Source: Heptranchias perlo (Eukaryota). From it: a DNA stretch of 64,000 nt. Below, one piece after another: positions 56,459 through 64,000 of this stretch. Every line of letters begins with the position of its first letter. Position 1 is the first letter of the stretch. Position numbers and translations under genes: made by a program. The stretch lies in assembly GCF_035084215.1 (NCBI RefSeq), contig NW_027139442.1:6572001-6636000 (forward strand), in the 5' to 3' direction. The notes under the pieces were generated by a model that had not been told where the DNA came from, did not search any database, and was given only the letters and a program-made list of their open reading frames with translations.

Positions 56459-58384
56459 TTAAAAACAGATAACATTTGTTCGCTGGTGGGGTAACGTGTA
56501 GCGTGACATGAACCCAAGATCCCGGTTGAGGCCGTCCTCATGGGTGCGGAACTTGGCTATCAATTTCTGCTCGACGATTTTGCGTTGTCGTGTGTCTCGA
56601 AGGCCGCCTTGGAGTACGCTTACCCGAAGGTCGGTGGATGAATGTCCATGACTGCTGAAGTGTTCCCCGACTGGGAGGGAACCCTCCTGTTTGGCGATTG
56701 TTGCGCGGTGTCCGTTCATCCGTTGTCGCAGCGTCTGCATGGTCTCGCCAATGCACCATGCTCTGGGGCATCCTTTCCTGCAACGTATGAGGTAGACAAC
56801 GTTGGCCGAGTCACAGGAGTATGAACCATGCACCTGGTGGGTGGTGTCCTCTCGTGTGATGGTGGTATCTGTGTCGATGATCTGGCATGTCTTGCAGAGG
56901 TTACCGTGGCAGGGTTGTGTGGCGTCGTGGACGCTGTTCTCTTGAAAGCTAGGTAATTTGCTGCGAACGATGGTCTGTTTGAGGTTGGGTGGCTGTTTAA
57001 AGGCGAGTAGTGGAGGTGTGGGGATGGCCATAGCGAGGTGTTTGTCCTCATTGATGACATGTTGAAGGCTGCGGAGAACATGGCGTAGTTTCTCCGCTCC
57101 GGGGAAGTACTGGACGACAAAGGGTACTCTGTTGGTTGCGTCCCGTGTTAGTCTCCTGAGGAGGTCTATGCGATGTTTTGCTGTGGCCCGTCGGAACTGT
57201 CGATCGATGAGTCGAGCGTCATATCCCGTTCTTACTAGGGCGTCTTTCAGCGTCTGTAGGTGTCCATCGCGTTCCTCCTCGTCTGAGCAGACCCTGTGTA
57301 TTCGCAGGGCCTGTCCATAGGGGATGGCCTCTTTGACGTGGTTAGGGTGGAAGCTGGAAAAGTGGAGCATCGTGAGGTTGTCCGTGTGCTTGCGTTAGAG
57401 TGAGGTGCTGAGGTGCCCGTCTTTGATGGAGATTCGTGTGTCCAAGAAAGAAACTGATTCTGAGGAGTAGTCCATGGTGAGCTTGATGGTGGGATGGAAC
57501 TTGTTGATGTTATCGTGTAGTCTCTTTAGTGATTCCTTGCCGTGGGTCCATAGAAAGAAAATGTCGTCGATGTATCTGGTGTATAGTGTTGGTTGGAGGT
57601 CTTGTGCAGTGAAGAAGTCCTGCTCGAACTTGTCCATGAAAATGTTGGCGTATTGGGGTGCGAATTTGGTCCCCATGGCTGTTCCGTGTGTTTGGGTAAA
57701 GAACTGGTTATCGAAGGTGAAGACATTGTGATCCAGGATGAAGCGGATGAGTTGTAGGATGGCTTCCGGAGATTGGCTGTTGTTGGTGTTGAGTATTGAT
57801 GCTGTCGCAGCGATGCCGTCATCGTGGGGGATACTGGTGTATAGTGCCGAGACGTCCATCGTGGTGAGAAGTGTTCCTGGTTCAACTGGTCCGTGGGTAC
57901 TGAGTTTTTGTAGGAAGTCTGTAGTGTCGCGACAGAAGCTGGGGGTTCCCTGTACGATGGGTTTCAGGATGCCCTCGATGTGTCCAGAGAGGTTCTCACA
58001 CAGGGTTCCGTTGCCTGATACGATTGGACGTCCGGGTGTGTTGGCTTTGTGTATCTTTGGGAGGCAGTAGAAGTCTCCCACGCGGGGATTACGTGGGATG
58101 AGAGTGCGTAGGATGCTTTGAAGGTCTGGATCGAAGGTCTTGATCAGTTTGTTGAGCTGGTGGGTGTGTTCTTTGGTCGGATCTGCGGGTAACCGTCTGT
58201 AGTGTTCCTGGTTGTCCAGTTGTCGGTATGCTTCTTTGCAATAGTCTGTTCTGTTCTGTATGACTATGGCTCCTCCTTTGTCCGCTGGTTTGATGACGAT
58301 GTTGCGGTTGGTCTTGAGAGCGTTGATGGCGTTGCGTTGTGCTCGGGTGACATTCTGGACTGTCTTCTGAGAGCGGCTGATGAA
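56459..58384 (-). pseudogene. 5'-truncated PLE RT-GIY-YIG ORF with a nonsense mutation
   Basis: KPADKGGAIV, FYCLPKIHK, GTAMG and YIDD motifs; TAC to TAA at 57395-57397; YIG changed to CIG. Confidence 0.93.
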
Positions 58385-59339
58385 CCTCAGCACCTCACTC
58401 TACCGCGAGCCAACGGACAACCTCACGATGCTCCATTTTTCCAGCTTCCACCCTAACCACGTCAAAGAGGCCATCCCCTATGGACAGGCCCTGCGAATAC
58501 ACAGGGTCTGCTCAGACGAGGAGGAACGCGATGGACACCTACAGACGCTGAAAGACGCCCTAGTAAGAACGGGATATGACGCTCGACTCGTCGATCGACA
58601 GTTCCGACGGGCCACAGCAAAAAATCGCATAGACCTCCTCAGGAGACTAACACGGGACGCAACCAACAGAGTACCCTTCGTCGTCCAGTACTTCCCCGGT
58701 TCGGAGAAACTACGCCATGTTCTCCGCAGCCTTCAACATGTCATCAATGAGGACAAACACCTCGCTATGGCCATCCCCACACCTCCACTACTCGCCTTTA
58801 AACAGCCACCCAACCTCAAACAGACCATCGTTCGCAGCAAATTACCCAGCTTTCAGGAGAACAGCGTCCACGACACCACACAACCCTGCCACGGTAACCT
58901 CTGCAAGACATGCCAGATCATCGACACAGATACCACCATCACACGAGAGGACACCACCCACCAGGTGCATGGTTCATACTCCTGTGACTCGGCCAACGTT
59001 GTCTACCTCATACGTTGCAGGAAAGGATGCCCCAGAGCATGGTACATTGGCGAGACCATGCAGACGCTGCGACAACGGATGAACGGACACCGCGCAACAA
59101 TCGCCAAACAGGAGGGTTCCCTCCCAGTCGGGGAACACTTCAGCAGTCAAGGACATACATCCACCGACCTTCGGGTAAGCGTACTCCAAGGCGGCCTTCG
59201 AGACACACGACAACGCAAAATCGTCGAGCAGAAATTGATAGCCAAGTTCCGCACCCATGAGGACGGCCTCAACCGGGATCTTGGGTTCATGTCACGCTAC
59301 ACGTTACCCCACCAGCGAACAAATGTTATCTGTTTTTAA
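58380..59339 (+). CDS. PLE C-terminal fragment: RT thumb, Cys-rich linker, GIY-YIG endonuclease
   Basis: CHGNLCKTC linker (Neptune-like), VVYLIRC...WYIGET...R.H motifs; open for 319 aa, but the ATG is created by the junction. Confidence 0.8.
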   Translation: MNLSTSLYREPTDNLTMLHFSSFHPNHVKEAIPYGQALRIHRVCSDEEERDGHLQTLKDALVRTGYDARLVDRQFRRATAKNRIDLLRRLTRDATNRVPFVVQYFPGSEKLRHVLRSLQHVINEDKHLAMAIPTPPLLAFKQPPNLKQTIVRSKLPSFQENSVHDTTQPCHGNLCKTCQIIDTDTTITREDTTHQVHGSYSCDSANVVYLIRCRKGCPRAWYIGETMQTLRQRMNGHRATIAKQEGSLPVGEHFSSQGHTSTDLRVSVLQGGLRDTRQRKIVEQKLIAKFRTHEDGLNRDLGFMSRYTLPHQRTNVICF

Positions 59340-59570
59340 TATAACGGGTCAGTTGCTGTCTTTTCTATGTTTCTACCTCTCTATCTCTGTTTTTTTTTGT
59401 TTGTTGTTTTTTTTGGTGATTTGTATATTCTGAGACCTGGCAGGTAACACCTGTCTGTCTGCACACTGATTGCCTTGGCAACGGGCAGTTGAAAAAACTG
59501 TCTGTTATCACCAAGCATTGTTCTGTGAATTATAAATGCGACTTCATTTCGAGGACTTCATTTCCACATC

Positions 59571-59611
59571 GTTCACCTGAGGAAGGAGGTAGCCTCCGAA
59601 AGCTTGTGAAT
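59571..59611 (+). ncRNA. Minimal type I hammerhead ribozyme motif
   Basis: GTTCAC-CTGAGGA-A-GGAGG-TAG-CCTCC-GAAA-GCTT-GTGAAT. Confidence 0.8.
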
Positions 59612-60884
59612 TTAAAATAAAATTGCTGGACTATAACTTGGTGTTGTAAAATTGTTTACAACAGGCACATTGAAGCAGAGGCCGGCAAGAATATTTCGAG
59701 TCCTCCAGCTTCAGTGGAGGAGAACGTGAGGCATGGAGAGCATTGAGCCTCATTTCACGATGGACGGACACAGGAATTGCCCCAGGTGCGGATTGTTGTT
59801 TAAAATCACTTCACTAAAAACACCTTGACGAGCTGAGGTTACAGACAGACATGATGGTGAGGAAAAGACCAGCTGGTTCATCAATCCTGTCCCACATGCG
59901 CGGAGCATCGTGACTGGACACTTCCTATCGACACCACCCGCCCCACCCACCGGAAACATCTAATCTCCTGGGACCGGTTACAAACCTGAAAAAAACATCA
60001 AAGGCCGATAAGGAGGGCGAATTGTGAAAAATTGCTCCCCGACACTTTCAGGCGATCGAAACCAGTCCAGGACACGACATTGACCATGCGTAGGTGAACT
60101 GTAAAACCACTCACCTTCTATATGATGCGATCGCTGCCCCAGTCAAGAACCGATCCAGATCCCTGGAGAAGGCAGACAGAGAGAGTCAGCACCCACCACA
60201 CCTGCCGGCAATGCACTCCACAGGCTCAATACTCTCTGGCAAAGGAAGAACCGCTAAATATGCAGATTATTCTTATATCTGTGTTGTCGAAACGCCTGTC
60301 TGCTAAATTCTAACGTTTGAATCATAAAGTGAGTTGTCTGAATGACAGAGGATCAAACAGGAACAAGAGCTGTGACTGCTCGCTCGACGTTGCACCGTCA
60401 CACATTCCGATCAGTCGGGGGCTGCTATGAGCTGAGCTGTTGAGGACACCGTGTGATGAAGTCCCGCTCCTGGAAAATTTAATGCTGTGGAGCTTCAGAA
60501 GATTCATCTTTCCATGGGCGACGACTGGGAGAGAGTCAAGAGACTCCTTGGTGTAAGATTAGGCATTTTTAACATATAAAGCGTACATTTAGATGAGGTG
60601 ATTTCAAAATATAAAGCATAGAAACCACTAACGTTTACATTCGGCACCTTAATGCATAAAGAGCACCCGCTTATAAACATAAGATCGCTGGGAATCGGAG
60701 GATAGTCGCTGAGGATCATGAAATGGCCGAGTTAAAACTTACCCAGAATACAGTTAGTCAGACTGAGCGAGGTGATGCTGGAAGCTCTTCACACTGCAGG
60801 GTTCAAGCATTTTACAGGAGATAATAGGCTACGTTGAGAATATGTTGAGAATATATAGAGAATGTGTTGAGAATATGTTGAGAA

Positions 60885-62990
60885 TGAGTTGGTTCTTTTG
60901 CCAATCACCTTAAATCTGTGTCCTTCTTTTCTCGACCCTTCTGCCAATGGAAACAGTTTATCTCTATCTACTCTGTCTACACCCCTCATGATTTTGAACA
61001 CCGCTATCAAATCTCCTCTCAGCCCTCTCTGTTCCAAGGAGACCGACCCCAGCTTTTCCAGTCTATTCACGTCACTCAAGTCCCTCATCCCTGAAACCAT
61101 TCCAGTAAATCTTTTCTGCACCCTCTCTGAGGCCTTCACATCCGTCCAAAAGTGTGGTGCCCAGAGTTGGACACAGTGCTCCAGTTTTGGCCAAATCAGT
61201 GTTTTATAAAAGTTCAACATAACTTCCATACTTTTGTACTCTATGCCTCTATTTTCAAGCCCAAGATTCCATATGCTTTATTAATGGCTTTCTCAACCTG
61301 TCCTGCCACCTTCAAAGATTTATGCACATATACCCCCCAGATCTCTCTGTTCCTGCACCCCCTTTAGAATTGTACCCTTTAGTTTATATAGCCCCTTCTC
61401 GTTCTTCCTTCCAAAATGTATCATTTCTCACTTCTCTGCATTAAATTTCATCTGCAACGTATCCGCCCATTCCACCAGCCTGATTGTGTCCTCTTAAAGT
61501 CTATCACTATCCTCCTTACTGCTCAGTACACTTCCAAGGTTTGTGTCATCTGCAAAGTTTGAAATTGTGCCCTATACACCCAACTGCAAGTCATTAATAT
61601 ATATCAAGAAACGCAGTGGTCCGAGCACCGATCCCCGTGGAACACCACTGTGTGCCTTCCACTAGTCCGAAAAAACAACTGTTCACCACGACTCTCTTTT
61701 TCCTGTCATTTCGTCAATTTCATATCGATGCTGCCATTGCTCCTTTTATTCCATGGACTTCAATTTTGCTGCTAAGCCTATTTTGTGGCACTTTATCAAG
61801 CACGTTTTGGAAGTCCATATAAACAACATCAACATCATTACCCTCATCGACCCTCCCTGTCAACACGTCAAAAAACTCAATGAAGATAGTTTGGCCGATT
61901 TTCCTTTAACAAATCCGTGCTGTCTTTTATTTATTAATCCACACTTGTACAAGAGACTATTAATGTTATCCCGGATTTTCGCTTCTAACAGTTTTCTCAC
62001 CACTGAGGTTAAACTGACTGGTCTGTAGTTGCCGGGTTTATCCTCACAGCTTTCTTTGACCAAGGGTGTAACATTTGCAATTCTCCAGTCCTCACGCACC
62101 ACCCCCGTATCGAAGGAGGTTTGCAAGATTATGGCCAGTACCTCTACAATTCCCACCCTTACTTCCCTCAGCAACCTACGATGCATCCCATCCGAACCGG
62201 GTGTCTTTTCTACTCTAAGTACAGTTAGCCTTTCTAGTACCTTCTCTTCATCAATTTTTAGCCCATCCACTATCTCAACGACCTCTTCTTTTACTCTGAC
62301 TTTTGTTGCATCTTCTTCCTTGTTACAGACAGATGTAAAGTACTCATTTAGTTTCTCAGCCATGCACTCTGCCTCCATGCATAGATCTTCTTTTTGGTCT
62401 TTAATCGGCCCACCTTTCCTCTTCCTACCCGTTTACTATTTATCTGCCTTTCGAAGTCTTTTGGATTCCCTTTATGTTGGCCGCCAGTCTATTTTCATAC
62501 TCTCCCTTTACCCCTTTTATTTCCTTTTTCACTTCCCCTCCCTACTTTCTAGATTCAGCCTAGTTCTCACTTGTGTTATCAACCAGACATCTATCATGCA
62601 CCCACTTTTGCAGCTTCATCTTAGTCTCTATCTCTTTTTTCATCCAGGGAGCTCTGGCTTTTGTTGCCCTACCTTTCCCCGCGTTAGAATGAACCTAGAC
62701 TATACCCGAACCATATCCTCCCTAAAGGCCCCCCATTGTTCGATTACAGTTTTGCTGCTAATCTTTGATTCCAATTTACGCGGGCCATATCCGTTCTCAA
62801 CCCACTGAATTTGACCGACCTCCAATTAAGTATTTTTATTCTGGATTGCTCCTCGTCCTTTTCCGTAACTAATCTAAACCTTATGAAATTTTGATCACTG
62901 TTCCCTAAATGTTCCCCTATTGATGCTTGATCTACTTGACCCAATATCCAGTAATGTTTTGGATAAAACGCATTAACTACCCTGTTCTTG
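60885..62990 (-). mobile_element. CR1 LINE ORF2, degenerate
   Basis: EHLGNSDQNFIRF, PGNYRPVSLTSVV...QHGFVKGKS and FYKTLIWPKLEHCVQLWAP motifs. Confidence 0.92.
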
Positions 62991-63544
62991 CATCCGTTGA
63001 TGCTCCGGATAAGCAATTATCTCATCCGTTAATGGTGTAAATCGGTTTTAACTCTGCTGCTGAACTTTGCAATTTTATTCTTCCATCATCTTTTACAAAG
63101 CCGCCTGTTCTGTTCTATCAGTTGATGGAGTGTGTAAACGCTTCTGGTCTTGTAGCAGCTGCATTATATCTGCAATAAACTATGTGTATCCACCCCTGAG
63201 AATGTTACTGGCGAATTCTCTGTTCTAAATATATTGAAATCAGATGATTGTGCTAAGGCGTGGCATCATACCACAAGCTTGTGGAACTAACCTGTCATGG
63301 CATATATTTTCATGAATGTGTTTTCAGTGATTGATACCGACACAGCTCACCGTCTCAGTATCACAAGGAGTCAGTGCAGTGTCCTTTCTCCCCAATAACA
63401 TGGTTCAATTGAACTGGGATTTCAAAGTATTTATTGGTTATCACTGTTATGAAATATTATTTCATTGTGTGTGCACCTGCCACAGCTTTAGATGTCTGGC
63501 CACTGAACTGAGATTCCTGCTGACTCTTTCACATAGTCTCACAG

Positions 63545-64000
63545 TATCATAGTAGGTACAGCACAGGAAGAAGCTATTTGGCCCAACGTGCCTGTGCGGC
63601 TTTTTGAAAGAGCTATCAAATTAGTCCAATTCCCCTGCTCTTCCCCCATAGTCCTGTATTTTTTTCGCTTCAAGTATTTATCTAAGTCCCTTTAAAAAGT
63701 TAATATTGAATATGCACCCACCACCGTGTCAAACGGTGCATTCCAGATCATTCCAACTCGCTGCATAAAATTGTTTCCTCATGTCGCCTCTGGCTCTTTT
63801 GCCGATAACCTTAAATCTTTGTCCTCTGATGACCGACCCTTCTACCACTTTAAGCAGTTTCTCCTTATTTACTCAATCAAAACCATTCATTATCTTGAAC
63901 ATTTCTAACAAATCACCATTCGACCTTGTCAGTTCTAAGGAGAGCAATCCCAGCTTCTCCAGTCTCTCCACATAACGAGACTCCCTCATTCCTGGTACAA
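63545..64000 (-). mobile_element. CR1-type 3' end
   Basis: CATAGTAGGTACAGCACAGGAAG... tail, with ORF2 C-terminal remnants running to the window edge. Confidence 0.75.

Larger units (their letters stand above)
56143..59661. mobile_element. Penelope-like retroelement with two inverted arms, 3' ends outward
   Basis: Minus arm carries RT and GIY-YIG, plus arm carries thumb and GIY-YIG; junction at ~58385. Both ends finish in ...CTATAACTTGGTGTTGTAAAATTGTTTAC. Confidence 0.96.

Noticed and set aside
60480-60560. Peptide ELQKIHLSMGDDWERVKRLLG, faintly death-domain-like
   Set aside because: Too short, with stops just upstream in frame; not supportable without a profile search.
62029-62808. 259-aa Ser/Phe-rich plus-strand ORF
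   Set aside because: Antisense shadow of CR1 ORF2.

Overview
Vertebrate genomic DNA, most likely a cartilaginous fish (inferred from repeat and zinc-finger style). It holds two inverted replication-dependent histone quartets (H4-H3-H2A-H2B at 0.36-4.96 kb and the mirror image at 38.7-42.5 kb) plus an orphan H2A at 26.9 kb. H3, H4 and H2B are intact with 3' stem-loops. All three H2A copies are damaged or aberrant, and no H1 was found. Upstream of each H2B promoter lies a repeated non-coding module: CpG-island promoter, splice-signal-bounded ~220-nt exon, related 82-bp and 46-bp satellites, then CTCF-like sites. There are three full copies and two promoter-less copies. The central spacer (11.8-28.4 kb) carries a 13-finger C2H2 ZNF gene with a premature stop, a decayed hAT/Buster transposon, an intact tRNA-Gly(TCC), CR1 and Tx1 fragments, and a near-perfect 234-bp-arm palindrome made of two Penelope termini, each with a hammerhead ribozyme motif. 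An inverted Penelope-like element (RT plus GIY-YIG) at 56.1-59.7 kb truncates a third H2B promoter. Repeat boundaries are read by eye and approximate.
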